A stretch of DNA of 64,000 nucleotides from Candidatus Eiseniibacteriota bacterium (GCA_963762255.1 CAVXKA010000001.1:512001-576000); one strand, 5' to 3'; shown: positions 51,121-62,550, counted from the stretch's first letter. The notes: generated by a model not told the origin, from the sequence alone. Made by a program: numbers and translations.

Positions 51121-53516
51121 CTCGGCCCGGCCCCCTTTCTTACCGCTTCCAGCACCTTGACCGCCAGATCATGCATGGAGAACGGCTTCTGGAGGAAGTT
51201 CACGCCCGCGTTCAGTACGCCATTCTGCGCAATCACATCAGCCGTATGGCCTGATATGAACAGGATCGGCACATTGGGGTGACGCGCGCGCAACCGCTCC
51301 ACTAGCTCCGGGCCGTTCATCTCGGGCATCATGACATCGGTGATTAGCAGACGAATCTCGCTCCCGTGATCCTCGCCAAGCTGCAAGGCCTCGCTCGCCC
51401 TGCCCGCGGCCAGCACCCGATACCCCAACTGCTCCAGCATCATCGTGCCCATGGTCAGGAGCATCGGCTCGTCCTCCACCAGGAGCACGGTCTCGCCACT
51501 GCCCATGGGCAGATCTGCATCCCCCTCGACGGCGGGACCGGCGACTTGCCCCCCGCACTGGGGCAGATAGATGCTGAAGGTCGTCCCCTTCCCGGGTTCG
51601 CTGTCCACATCGATGAATCCGTGGTTCTGCTTGACGATGCCATACACCATGGACAGCCCGAGACCGGTCCCCCGGCCCGCCCCCTTGGTCGTAAAGAAGG
51701 GCTCGAAGATCTGGTCGAGGATCCTCTTGTCCATGCCCGATCCGTCGTCGCCTACGGCCAGCAGCAGGTAGTTCCCCGCTTCAGCGCCCACATGCGTGGC
51801 ACAGTAGGTCTCGTCCAGGGTCACGTTCCTTGTCTGAATGGTGATCTTGCCCCCCCCGACAATGGCATCCCTGGCGTTGACGCATAGATTCACCAGGAGC
51901 TGGCTCAACTGGGCGGGGTCCATCATGACGGGAGACAGATCGACCCCGGGCAGCCAGGCGACTTCGATGTCCTCCGCAATGAGCCGCTGCAGCATCCTGA
52001 GCATGCTCTCCACGGCCTTGTTCAGGTCAAGCACCACCGGTTTGATGGTCTGCTTGCGGGCGAAGGCCAACAACTGCTGGGTGAGATCCGCCGAGCGCGT
52101 CGCGGCGTTGAAGATCTCCTCGAGATCCGCGTGCAGCAACTCGGTCGGGTCCACCCTCTTCATAGCCAGCTCCGTATGACCGAGGATCACGCCGAGCATA
52201 TTGTTGTAATCGTGCGCTATACCACCCGCCAGAAGGCCCACCGCCTCCATCTTCTGCGACTGGCGGAGCTGGGATTCCAGGATGCGCCCCTCGGTGATGT
52301 CCTCCACCATCTCGATTGCCGCCACAATTTCGCCCGATGCGTCGCGGATCGGAGACGATACGACGCGGTAGTTGCGCACCCCGTGGACTTGCGGTGTCTC
52401 CGTCTCACTCTCATGCACCAGACCGTCCTGCAGCGTCTTTCGAGTCGGGCAGTACTCGCAGATCGCCTCGCGCGGCGGATGGTTGAACGAACGAAAACAG
52501 ATGCTGCGTTGACTTGGGTCGACGGCGGGAAACCACTCCCGCATCCGGCGGTTCAGCTCAAGAATCTCCATCTTGGGGCTGATGAGAGCCACACCTATAT
52601 CGATGTTGTCCAAGATGCTGCGCAGCTTGGCGTCGCTCGCCGCCAAGGCCTCCTCCGCCCGCGTGCGCTCGCTGATGTCATAGTAGGTTCCCAGCAGGCC
52701 GACGATTGCCCCACCCTTTGCCCGGAGCGGCACCTTGCTAGTCAGCAGGTGAATGCAATTTCCCGATGGCGTCGTCTGCGTCTCCTCGAAAAGTTGCTTC
52801 GCTTCCCCGCTCTCGATCACCGCCCGGTCATCGGCCCGGTAGAGTTCGGCCTGCGCCCGCCAACACATGGCATAGTCGTCCTTGCCAATGATGTCCTCGG
52901 GTTTCTCGAACCCGGCGTCCCGGGCAAACGCTACGTTGCAGCCAAGGTACAGCAGGTTTCTGTCTTTCCAGAAAACCCGAACCGGTATGGAGTCGAAGAT
53001 TCCATGAAGCAATTCGCGCGAGTCCCACAGCGCCTGATCAGCCCGCTTGCGCCCGGTGATGTCGCGGATATTGCACTGGATCACCTTGCTATGATCCACT
53101 TCATAGACATTGCTGACGAACTCTACCGCGACGGACTTCCCACTCCGCGCTATCAGTGGCAGATCGTCATATCGGACATACTCGCTATCCTGCAGGGTCC
53201 TGAAGGCGTCTATGGAAGCGGCAACGTCCTTGAATGCTCCGAGGTCCCAGATGTGCTGCCCGACTACCTCTTCAAAGGTGTGATCGAGTAGCTGCAAGAG
53301 GAAGGGATTGACGTCGACCACCTTGCCCGAATCGGCATCGAGGATCAGGATGCCGTCCTTGGCCGATTCAAAGAGCCGACGGTAGCGCTTCTCGGAGTCT
53401 TGAAGCGCCTCGGCGACCCCCTCCTTCTTCAACAGCGCCTCGTTCAGCGACGCGACCCGCCGGGTCAGCTCAGCATTGGTGAGGCGAAGTTCGTTCTCGG
53501 TATTCTTGTCGGACAT
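51081..53516 (-). CDS. Cytoplasmic multi-PAS hybrid histidine kinase with receiver
   Basis: Three PAS domains, QSQKMEAVGLLAGGIAHDYNN, NLCVNARDA, FEPFFTTK, GTGLGL, and receiver LITDVMMP...FLQKPF. Confidence 0.95.
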   Translation of the reverse strand: MSDKNTENELRLTNAELTRRVASLNEALLKKEGVAEALQDSEKRYRRLFESAKDGILILDADSGKVVDVNPFLLQLLDHTFEEVVGQHIWDLGAFKDVAASIDAFRTLQDSEYVRYDDLPLIARSGKSVAVEFVSNVYEVDHSKVIQCNIRDITGRKRADQALWDSRELLHGIFDSIPVRVFWKDRNLLYLGCNVAFARDAGFEKPEDIIGKDDYAMCWRAQAELYRADDRAVIESGEAKQLFEETQTTPSGNCIHLLTSKVPLRAKGGAIVGLLGTYYDISERTRAEEALAASDAKLRSILDNIDIGVALISPKMEILELNRRMREWFPAVDPSQRSICFRSFNHPPREAICEYCPTRKTLQDGLVHESETETPQVHGVRNYRVVSSPIRDASGEIVAAIEMVEDITEGRILESQLRQSQKMEAVGLLAGGIAHDYNNMLGVILGHTELAMKRVDPTELLHADLEEIFNAATRSADLTQQLLAFARKQTIKPVVLDLNKAVESMLRMLQRLIAEDIEVAWLPGVDLSPVMMDPAQLSQLLVNLCVNARDAIVGGGKITIQTRNVTLDETYCATHVGAEAGNYLLLAVGDDGSGMDKRILDQIFEPFFTTKGAGRGTGLGLSMVYGIVKQNHGFIDVDSEPGKGTTFSIYLPQCGGQVAGPAVEGDADLPMGSGETVLLVEDEPMLLTMGTMMLEQLGYRVLAAGRASEALQLGEDHGSEIRLLITDVMMPEMNGPELVERLRARHPNVPILFISGHTADVIAQNGVLNAGVNFLQKPFSMHDLAVKVLEAVRKGAGPSQGATVLATRTPP

Positions 53517-53560
53517 CGTCGAAACCTTGGTGGGTGTCTCTGCCCCCTGGCGACCCGCCT

Positions 53561-53600
53561 GTCTGCCCGCTGCCAAAGCAGTCTGCCCGCTGCCAAAGCA
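53561..53600. repeat. Perfect 20-bp tandem duplication
   Basis: GTCTGCCCGCTGCCAAAGCA twice. Confidence 0.9.
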
Positions 53601-53772
53601 GACAGTAGAAGGATTGCACTATACTTTCAAGACGCCCGTTGTTGTATTTGGGGAAATGTGGATGGGGGGGCACAAGGACGGCGCAGCGGCGCGGAGGAGA
53701 ACGCGGCGGGGCTAGACTGGGCGCAGAGCTCCGCCCGGGTGGGGGAGGCGGAGGGCTCTATAAGCGGCGGAC

Positions 53773-54379
53773 CTAGTCGCGATAGGTGGCCTTGAGATGG
53801 CCCCAGCTCGTGGGCAACGTCGGCACCGGGGTCATGAACTCGAGCAACACGGCGTCGGCGGTCACAAAGCGCTTGCTGGCGCCGTTATAGCACTGGTCGG
53901 TGGCGGTGTGGGACACGCGCACCTTGTGACCCGCCCCGGGCGTGAAGTGACCCTGGCCCACGTAGATGAGCTGGTCGGCGTTGGTCGCGCAGGTCGCGCT
54001 TCCCCGCATGTTCACGTAGAACGTCCTGAGTCCCGTTGCCGTCGACAATCGAGACCTTCACGTTCTCAGCGTTCGGGCCTTTGTTCGAAGAGGTGGCGAC
54101 CCCCCAGGTGAGGAAGATGTGGTAAGTCCCTTCGGTCACGATCGGGGGGATGAAGTCGGCCCACGCGGCGCTGTTCTTGGTGGAACGCGAGCCGTTGGAG
54201 CAAGTTGTCTTATTGCTCTTGGAGGAGCTGTTCTCCCAGCCGGTGCCGCCTTCGACATAGGCGCCGCCGGAAGAACATTTGGCTTCGACAACGACGGGGG
54301 CAACCTCCGAGAATCCGTTGGCGGCCCAGACACTCACGAACGCTGTCGTGCAGATCGCGGCAATGATGCTTCGCTTCAT
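53773..54379 (-). CDS. Secreted golvesin/CBM-like beta-sandwich protein with C-terminal SWGxLKxxYR motif, frameshifted near 54026
   Basis: Signal peptide; ADFIPPIVTEGTYHIFLTW, then after one extra G ...VTADAVLLEF-MTPVPTLPTSWGHLKATYRD. Confidence 0.7.
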
Positions 54380-54517
54380 GATGCTCCCCCCGATGCAGAC
54401 TCCCCGACAGGGGTGTCGGTAAATTTGGACGTGCATCATTTTCCCACGTCGGCGACTGCAATTCAATTTTAAACTTCCAAATTTCTCGGCCACCCGCGCC
54501 CCCGGCCGAGGGGGCGG

Positions 54518-57500
54518 CTACCACCCGGGCGAGATGAAGAGCCCGAAGTGTCCGCCGCGCTCGGGGCGCTGGAAGGGGTACGCGTAATACCCCTGTAAGA
54601 TCAATGCTCCCAATATGTTGAAGCGCGCTGCGAACCCGGTGCTAAAGACGGGGATGCGCCCCTCGGCGCTGCGAGCCCATTTCAGCTCGAGATCCATCCC
54701 CTGGGGGTCGTCCTGCCACCAGGCCACCCCCCCATCGACAAAGACGGAGAATTCGGTGGGGATATAGGGGAAGTTCAAGAGCCCGTAGGTCTTGGTGCCC
54801 AGGACCGGCACCCGGACCTCGAGGTTCACGACCCCGATCCGGCTGCCTTCCAGCCGATCGAACACCGCGCAGTTCTCGCCGAAGGGACACTCGGATACCT
54901 GAAAACTTCCGCTACGGTAGCCGCGCACCAGCGACTCGTACCCGAGGAAGAGCGGGTTCAAGCGGTCGCTCCCCGAGTCCGACCCGTAGCGCCCCACGTG
55001 CAGAGCGCGAAACGCCACCGTCACCGGGTTGAAGAACTGATAGCGCCGGTAGTCGGCGAGCAGAGTCTGATAGTGCAGGGTGCCGAAGGTGGGGCTGTAT
55101 TCGAGCCGCGACCGCGCGCCGTTGATGGGTGAAGTGAACCCGAAGAACGAGTTGTCGTGGACGAGAGCCACGGTGGGACGGATGAGGCTCACCCCGGCTG
55201 GCGCGGAGAGGTTCTCCTCTCGCACGTCGGTGACCGGCGTGCCGTCCGAAAGCTGGATCTGGGTCTGGGCCTCGCGGCTGAAGCTCAGATACGTGTAGCC
55301 CATCGAGGCTTCGAAGCGCCGCGTGGAGCTGAACGGATAGAAGCCGACGAGCGACACCTCGTCGGAGAAGATGCGCTCCCGCACGTCGTACACCTTGTAG
55401 CCGGGGTGCTCCGATCCGTCGTCAAACGTCACCGTGGTGTCTTGGATTCCGGTGTAGTAGCTGACGTAGGGCACATGGCCGACGATCCCGCCCCAACTCA
55501 CCCGGCGGACGCGGTTCAAGTAGGTCGCCTCGGCGCCGATGTCCTTGATCCCTCCATTGGCGGCCACGGCGGCGCCTACGACATGGTTGCCCAGCATGTC
55601 GCTGAAGTACGCGGTCACGCCGCCGCCTATCGAGGCGCCGAACCGGTCCATGCTCACCCCGGCGCTCACCGCCCCGATGTAGTCGAGCTTGATCGAGGGC
55701 TTGTAGCGGTTGGTGGCGAAATCGGGCTGAGGAGGAAGGCCGGTCGCGGGATCGCCGAGATAGCGGGCGATGAAACTTCGAGGAGCCGACACGTCGGGGG
55801 GAAGGGTGCCCGGCGGCACCGGGCCCGCAACGTAATCGCTGTCCGAACGGGTCCTCGACCACGCGAACAGGGAGTCGGGCATCCCCGGAATCCCCATCCC
55901 GGGCTTCCGGCCGCGGGGCGGGCGCTGCGGACGGGCCAGCACGGTCACGCCGACCGTGGAGGAATCCGGAACCACCCCCGCCGCGGCCAGGGAATCCGCT
56001 CGCGCCTTCCGGGCCACGATCAACGCCGCGGCCAGGGAATCGAGCTTGGCCCGCTCACCCTGCGACGCCCGCGCGAGGAGGGTGTCCGACTCGGCGAGCG
56101 GCACGCCTTGCGCGGCCTCGCCGTCGAGGCCGTACACGTTGTACTCGGCCTTGGCGAACACCGAGAACATGACGCGGCCGGTCCCCCGCGACACCGAGAT
56201 GGCCGGCGACAGTTCACTGATCCCGCTCACACCGGTGGCAAGCGTTGTGACTCGGTGGATCTCCCCGCCGGAGAGATTCATGCGGTAGATGTCGCTGAAC
56301 CCGTCGCGGTCGGAGATGAAGTAGAGGCTTTGGCCGTCGGGGGAGAACTGCGGATCGATGTGCTTGGCGCCGGGGAACGGAGCAAGCGTCCGAATCTCCC
56401 CGCTCGCCACGTCCATGAGCCCGATGTGCATCTTCTCGTAGGTCAGCTTCTCGAAGTCGGTGCCCGGGCCGCGATCGGTCACGAACGCGAGCGTCCCGCC
56501 GTCCGGCGACCACGCCGGAGACAGCTCGGCCTCGCGACCGTGGGTGATCTGCCGCGTGTCCTCGGTCTTCAACTCGACGAGGTAGAGGTCGCTGATCCCA
56601 CCCGCGGTGCCCGAGAACACGATCGAGCCGCCGTCCGGCGACCACGCCGGGTTGGCGATCCCGCCCACATCCGGCACGCGAATGCGTTGACGCGTCTTGC
56701 CCGACTCGGCGTCCACGATCACGATCTCGTTGTTGCCGTCCGCGAAGACCACGAAGGCGAGGCGTCGACCGTCCGGCGACCAGGAGCCCGCCGAATCGAT
56801 GAAGCGCAACGCGTCGTAATGGGCATCCGTGGCGGAGCTGGTCAGACGCTTGAGCACCTTGCCGGTGCGCGCGTCCGCGACGAAGAGATCGATCGAGAAC
56901 AGATCGCGCTCGGAGAGGAACGCGACCCGAGAACCGTCCGGGCTCAATACCGGAGCGATGTTCACGGTCCCCCCGTCGAGATCGGGGGCGAGGACCTTGA
57001 GCCCGGCGGAGTCGGGCGGCGTCCGCCCGACCAGGTCGAGGCGATACGCGCGCCGCGTGTCCTCGGCCCACGCCTTGGACAGCGTGTCCGGCCCCATTCC
57101 GGTGTAGCGGGCGAAGGCGTACTCGATGTTGCGGCGCCCGGCGGCATAGAAGATCTTGCGCACCGTATCGTCGCCCCAGCGCCCGCCGACGTAGGCCCAG
57201 AGCGCCTGACCGTAGCGATAGGGGAAGTACTTGGAGTCCGTGGTGAGCTTCTTGATCGTGGGGAAATCGTCGTGGAGCACCGCGTCCCGGAGCCACATCG
57301 CGGTGTTGGGATCCCGGCGGCCCACCGAGAGGTACTCCGCCATTCCCTCGACGAGCCACAACGGCATCCGCTCCATGCGAAAGACCAGGCTGTCTTCGTT
57401 GGCCTGCGCAATGTCGTACTGGAAGACGTGCACCAACTCGTGGCCGAGCACGTGATCGGTGCTGGCGTAGTCGCCGGTGAGCGGCAGCACGATGCGGCTC

Positions 57501-57871
57501 TTCGCCGACTCGGTTACGCCCCCCGTGCCTTCACCGAGGAATCCCTCCAGCACGTTGGTCTGCTGGAAGTCGGCGTGGTTGGCGTAGAGGATGATCGGCT
57601 TGCGCTCCTTGGGCGCGTGCTCGAGCGCGGCCACGTAGCGGTCGTACCAGCGCTCGGCCATGCGGCCGAGGTCGCGCGCAGCCTGCTCCTCCTGAGGGTA
57701 GTAGTGGATGTCGAAGTGGTCCGTGGAGAGCACCCTGAATCGGAAATGCTCGTACTGGACCTTGTTGCGTCCGAAGTACTGCGCGCTTGCTGGGGTGGCG
57801 ACGACACCCAGGGTCAGTGCGGCCAGGATGCCGGCGGCGAGACCTCGGCGGATGTTCAGACGACGGCGCAT
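54518..57871 (-). CDS. Omp85-family outer-membrane protein with N-terminal zincin-like domain and TolB/PD40 propeller
   Basis: QYFGRNKVQY, HELVHVFQ...WLVEGMAEY, repeated PAWSPDG, LVRGY, terminal FISPGW. Confidence 0.88.
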   Translation of the reverse strand: MRRRLNIRRGLAAGILAALTLGVVATPASAQYFGRNKVQYEHFRFRVLSTDHFDIHYYPQEEQAARDLGRMAERWYDRYVAALEHAPKERKPIILYANHADFQQTNVLEGFLGEGTGGVTESAKSRIVLPLTGDYASTDHVLGHELVHVFQYDIAQANEDSLVFRMERMPLWLVEGMAEYLSVGRRDPNTAMWLRDAVLHDDFPTIKKLTTDSKYFPYRYGQALWAYVGGRWGDDTVRKIFYAAGRRNIEYAFARYTGMGPDTLSKAWAEDTRRAYRLDLVGRTPPDSAGLKVLAPDLDGGTVNIAPVLSPDGSRVAFLSERDLFSIDLFVADARTGKVLKRLTSSATDAHYDALRFIDSAGSWSPDGRRLAFVVFADGNNEIVIVDAESGKTRQRIRVPDVGGIANPAWSPDGGSIVFSGTAGGISDLYLVELKTEDTRQITHGREAELSPAWSPDGGTLAFVTDRGPGTDFEKLTYEKMHIGLMDVASGEIRTLAPFPGAKHIDPQFSPDGQSLYFISDRDGFSDIYRMNLSGGEIHRVTTLATGVSGISELSPAISVSRGTGRVMFSVFAKAEYNVYGLDGEAAQGVPLAESDTLLARASQGERAKLDSLAAALIVARKARADSLAAAGVVPDSSTVGVTVLARPQRPPRGRKPGMGIPGMPDSLFAWSRTRSDSDYVAGPVPPGTLPPDVSAPRSFIARYLGDPATGLPPQPDFATNRYKPSIKLDYIGAVSAGVSMDRFGASIGGGVTAYFSDMLGNHVVGAAVAANGGIKDIGAEATYLNRVRRVSWGGIVGHVPYVSYYTGIQDTTVTFDDGSEHPGYKVYDVRERIFSDEVSLVGFYPFSSTRRFEASMGYTYLSFSREAQTQIQLSDGTPVTDVREENLSAPAGVSLIRPTVALVHDNSFFGFTSPINGARSRLEYSPTFGTLHYQTLLADYRRYQFFNPVTVAFRALHVGRYGSDSGSDRLNPLFLGYESLVRGYRSGSFQVSECPFGENCAVFDRLEGSRIGVVNLEVRVPVLGTKTYGLLNFPYIPTEFSVFVDGGVAWWQDDPQGMDLELKWARSAEGRIPVFSTGFAARFNILGALILQGYYAYPFQRPERGGHFGLFISPGW

Positions 57872-57887
57872 GGTGCTCTTCCCTCGG

Positions 57888-59015
57888 TCAAACCCTGTCC
57901 AACTCGATCTTCATCGACAAGAATTCCATCAGATCCTTGAGGGAGAGAACGCCGACCAGCTTCTGTCCTTCCACTACCATGAGGCGGCTCACCCCGTGGA
58001 CGCGCATCCGGGTGAGGGCCTCCATCGCATCGGTGCCCGGTCCGATGGTGTTTTCCTCGGAACATCCTACCGCAATATCCCGCACTCGCACCCAATCCCA
58101 TTTCTCGCGGGGCACCTGCTTCACCTGGGCCAGGGTCACGCACCCATCGAGTCGCCCTTCGTCCACCACCGGATAGAGCTTGTGGTGGGTACGGAAGACG
58201 TAGTCCTCGACCAGATCCCTCACGTAGGTCGCCGGGTCCACGGTGACCGGATCCGGGGTCATGAACCGCCGGACCGGCTCCCCTTCCAGGGCTCGGCGCA
58301 GAACGAGCTGCTGGTAGGTCTGGCCCGCCGCACCGCGCAGGAAGAGTCCGATCAGAAGCCACCAGATCCCGCCCACCGTATTCCCGCGAACGATCGAGAC
58401 CACTCCGAGGATGATGAGCAGAACGCCGAAGCCGGAGCCGATGCTGGATGTAACCCGGGTCGCCCAGCGGATGTTCCCGGAGCGCCCCCAGAGAATGGCC
58501 CGCAACACCCGCCCGCCGTCCAGGGGAAACGCGGGAACGAGGTTGAAGGCGGCGAGCACGGCGTTGATCCAGGCGAGGTACTGGAGGACGCCGAGAACGG
58601 GAATCCCGACCCTGCCCACCAGAGCGCGGCTCAGACCCATCGCAACCCCGGCCAGAACGAGGCTCGACAGCGGGCCCGCTCCGGCCATGAACAACTCTGC
58701 CCGAGGGCTCGGGGGCTCGCTCTTCATCTCCGCCACCCCGCCGAAGATGAACAAGGTGATGCCGCTTATCTCGATGCCGAACCGGCGCGCGACCAGCGAG
58801 TGGGACAGCTCGTGAAAGACGATCGACAGGAAGAGCCCGAGCGCTCCCGCCACACCCATGGCCAGATAGACGGCCGAGGACAGGTGCGGATGGCGGTCGG
58901 GGAAGAGGCCCGCCGAGAGCGACCACACGATCATGACCGCGATGAAGACCCAGCTCAGGTCGATGCGGACGGCGAACCCGAATAGCTTGAAGAGCGTGAT
59001 GGATCTTCCGAACAT
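57888..59015 (-). CDS. Site-2 protease (M50) with CBS pair
   Basis: HELSH, FIFGGVA, NLVPAFPLDGGR, two CBS domains. Confidence 0.94.
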   Translation of the reverse strand: MFGRSITLFKLFGFAVRIDLSWVFIAVMIVWSLSAGLFPDRHPHLSSAVYLAMGVAGALGLFLSIVFHELSHSLVARRFGIEISGITLFIFGGVAEMKSEPPSPRAELFMAGAGPLSSLVLAGVAMGLSRALVGRVGIPVLGVLQYLAWINAVLAAFNLVPAFPLDGGRVLRAILWGRSGNIRWATRVTSSIGSGFGVLLIILGVVSIVRGNTVGGIWWLLIGLFLRGAAGQTYQQLVLRRALEGEPVRRFMTPDPVTVDPATYVRDLVEDYVFRTHHKLYPVVDEGRLDGCVTLAQVKQVPREKWDWVRVRDIAVGCSEENTIGPGTDAMEALTRMRVHGVSRLMVVEGQKLVGVLSLKDLMEFLSMKIELDRV

Positions 59016-59026
59016 ATCCACACTCC

Positions 59027-59072
59027 TTGCACCGGACGGCCCGTTCCCGTTGCGCCGGACGGCCCGTTCCCG
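59027..59072. repeat. 23-bp tandem direct repeat in a divergent intergenic region
   Basis: TTGCACCGGACGGCCCGTTCCCG then TTGCGCCGGACGGCCCGTTCCCG. Confidence 0.85.
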
Positions 59073-59120
59073 GCTTTGAGCTTATACGATCCGGAGCGAT
59101 CGCGTGATAGGATCGCATCC

Positions 59121-62100
59121 ATGACGGCGCGGTCGGCGTTCGAGGTGTGGGCGCATCCCGATGTGATGCGATTGGAGCGGGAGTTGGCCGCCCGTGTGCG
59201 CGCGCTGCGCGCTTCCCCCGCCGATGCGTTCGATCCCGTCCTGGTGCTGGTCCCGTCGCGCCGCCAGATGCTGCGGACGCGGGAAATGCTCGCGCGCGAG
59301 GCGGGCGCGCTGCTCGGCGTCGAAGTGCTCACGCATCAGGCCCTGGCCTACCGCCTCGTGGAGGCGGATCCCGAGCGCCCGGCGCCGGCGCTGGCCTCCC
59401 GCGCGCTCCGCGAAACGCTGGTCGAGTCGTTGCTGGAGTCGCGCACGGAGAGCGCGAAGGAGGGCACGCTTGCCGGCTATGTCGGCGAGCACCCCACCGC
59501 GTTCGGCCCCTTGACCGGCGTGCTGCGGGAGCTGCGCGAGGCGGGAGTGACCGCCGAGGATCTGGAGCGTGCCGGCGACGGGCGCTACACCGCCGAGCTG
59601 GCATCTCTCCTGCGTGAGTACGAAGAGGCGCTGGCGCGATTGGCCGCCGCACCCGCGGGGTGGACCGATCGTGCGGGGCTCGCGCGGCTGGCGGCGCGCG
59701 CCGCTCTGGGGGGGCGTGTTCCGACGTATCGCGCGGTGCTCCAATACGGCGCCTACGAATTGATCGGCATGAACCTGGAGTTGGTGCGCGCGCTCCCCGC
59801 GCGTGAGCCGAAGGTCTTTCTCGTTCCCGGGGACGTCGCCGCGCCCGCGTGGCGCCACTCGCTGCGGTTCTTCGAGCGTCACCTCGGGGTGACGCCGCGG
59901 GCACTCCCCGAGGACGGGGAGGTTCGCGTGTTCGTCAGCGCGGCGCGCGCGCTCCGGGAGGCGGACACGGGCGCGGACGGTGCGGCGACACGCGCGACGG
60001 CGCCGATCGCGTTCATGCACACGCAGGGGCCCGAGGCCGAACTCAACGCCGCCGCGCGCGCCGCGCTGCGGCTCGTCGGTGACGGCGTGCCCCCTCACGA
60101 GATCGGGATCGTGGCGCGCACGCTCGATCCCTATGCCGCGCTGGCCGAGACGGTCTTCCAACGCCACTTGCTCCCCGTCGATTCCTCGGCGACGCTCCCG
60201 CTGTCCCGCCATCCCAAGGCTCGCGCATTCGTGCTCCTGGTGCGCGCACTGGCGGAGGACTTCGAGCGGCAGACGATGGTGGACCTGCTCCGCTCCCCCT
60301 TCCTCCGGCACGGCCTTCCCGAGGAGAAGCGCCGTCGCTGGCGCCCCGACACATGGGATCGCTGGTCGCGCCGCTACTCGATCGTGGCCGGTGCGTCCGC
60401 GTGGACCGAGGACCTTCCGTCGGCGCTGCGCAACGAAGCGCCGCCCGTCTGGCTGGAGGACGATCCCGAGGAGACGAAGCGATTCGAGGCGCGCCACGCC
60501 GACGACGTGGCGTCGGCGGAGACGCTGGCCGCGACGGTGCGGGAGTGGGTCAACGCGCGCGCCGCGTGGCGCGCGTGCCGGACCGGCGCCGAGCACGCAC
60601 AGTTCTTGCGCGCGCTCGCCGCGCGGTGGATCCGCCGATGGAACGAGATCGACCCCGGCAACGCGCCCGACTCGCGCGCGATCCGCGGCGCGCTGCAAGG
60701 CATTCTCGACGAACTGGAGTCCCTGGATGCCTGCGATGCCGCGCTCGGCGATTTCGAGTTCGAGCGACGCGGACGCAGGTGCAAGCGAGCCGCTCGGCTT
60801 GCACGACGTACTGAGCTTCGTCGAAACCTCGGTCGATGACGCCCGACTCCCCTGGCCCCCGGTCGACGGCGTGCGGTTCCTCGACGTGATGCAGGCCCGC
60901 GGCCTCGCGTTCAGACACCTCTTCCTCATCGGCTTCAACGCGGATCTCCTGCCGCGCAGACCGCGCGAGGATCTCTTTCTACGGGATCGCGTACGCGAGC
61001 GGCTCCGCGAGGCAACCGCGAACCCGCTTGCCGTGCGTCGCGAGGCTCGCGAGGAGGAGTGGCTCCTGTTCGCGATGACCGTGGCGGCGGCGGTCGAGTC
61101 GCTCACCGTGATCTGGCAGCGGGCGGATGCCGAGGGCAAGGCACGCACGGTTTCGCTCTTCCTGCGCGAACTCTCGCGCGTGGCGACCGTCCCGCCGGAT
61201 CCGGCAAGAGATTCGATGAACCCGGTGCGCGTGCCGACCCATCCGGCGCGCGCGGCGGAGCACCTGATCGACCGCCACGGGCTCCTCTCTCGCGAGGAGG
61301 CCGCGCTGCTGGCCGCCGATCTCGCGTCGCACCCGGATCGCGGGCTCACTGCATTCCTCAAGGGCCTCGATCCCGACCTGGAGCGCGCGCTCGGGCCGGG
61401 CATCTCGCTCGCTCGCTCGATCGAGCGGTTCGAGGGCGACCCCAAGGATGCATGTCTCGGATTGCGCTTCGACGGGTATCTCCCGGACGGGCTCGGATGG
61501 GAGCGGCACTTCTCCGCATCCAGCCTGCGCACGCTTGCGCGCTGCCCGCAAACCTTCTTCTTCGAAAAAGTGCTGGGGGTGCGACCGCTGGAGGACGCCG
61601 CCGAGGAATATCGCTTCGGCTCACGGGAACTCGGCAGCCTCGTCCACGAAATTCTGGAGCGCGTATTCCGGGATCTTGACGAGGAGAAGCGGCTGCGCGG
61701 CAAGGACGACCCGGCCGATCTGACGCGCGCGGGGCTTCGCGCGCTGCGCCTGCGCTGGAAGGAGGCGCTCGCGCCCATGCGCAACCGCATGCACGCGCAC
61801 TACCCGGTTCTGTTCGAGCACGCGGAGGCGCTCTGGTTGGCCGAGATCGAGGCGTTTCTCTCGTACGACTTGGATCGGCTGGCCCGCGAGGGTTACCGTT
61901 TCAAGGGCACGGAGGTTGCGTGCCAGGCGGAAGTTCCCCTCGCGCGCGGAGCGGCTCTCTTGCGCGCCGAAAAGATCCCGCTCGATCTCCTCACTGCCGC
62001 GGCCAAAGGCGTGCCGCTCTTGCCGATCATCGGAGTATTCGACCGCGTCGTCACGGACGCGTCGGGCTCGTGGCTCGTGAGCGACTACAAGACAGCGGGT

Positions 62101-62550
62101 GATCTCGATCGGCAAGTCGACGCGGGAAGCTATCTGACCGCTCGTGACTGTCAGGCGCCGCTCTACGTGCTGCTCGCCGAGGCGGGCGGCGCTCCGGCTG
62201 GAGCGCGATCAGAGCTGCTGGGCGTCGGGCCCGATTTCCTTCCCGAAGGAGGGGCGGCGCGAACGGGCGCGGTGCCGCTCGACCCGGAGGCGTTCGACGG
62301 AGCGCGCGCGGGTTTCGAGGAAACGCTCGGCGTACTCGCCTCCTCCGCGCGGCGCGGGCGATTCCCGTTTTCCACCGGCGGCCACTGCGACTACTGCGAG
62401 TTCACCTCGGCGTGCCGCCGCTTCCACTATCCGAGCCGCGTGCGGGTGGAAGGCCACGAGGAGTACGCGACCTACTTCGCGACGCAGTCCAAGACGCGGA
62501 CCAAGCCCACCCTCGCCGATGTGCGCGGCGGCGAGGAGGACGAACGGTGA
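59121..62550 (+). CDS. addB: AddB-like subunit with C-terminal PD-(D/E)xK nuclease, frameshifted near 60748
   Basis: VLVPSRR, IGIVAR, ARGLAFRHLFL, FSASSL..LARCP..FF, GSLVHEILE, GVFDRV, DYKT, Q..LY, CDYCEFTSACR Fe-S Cys. Confidence 0.8.
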
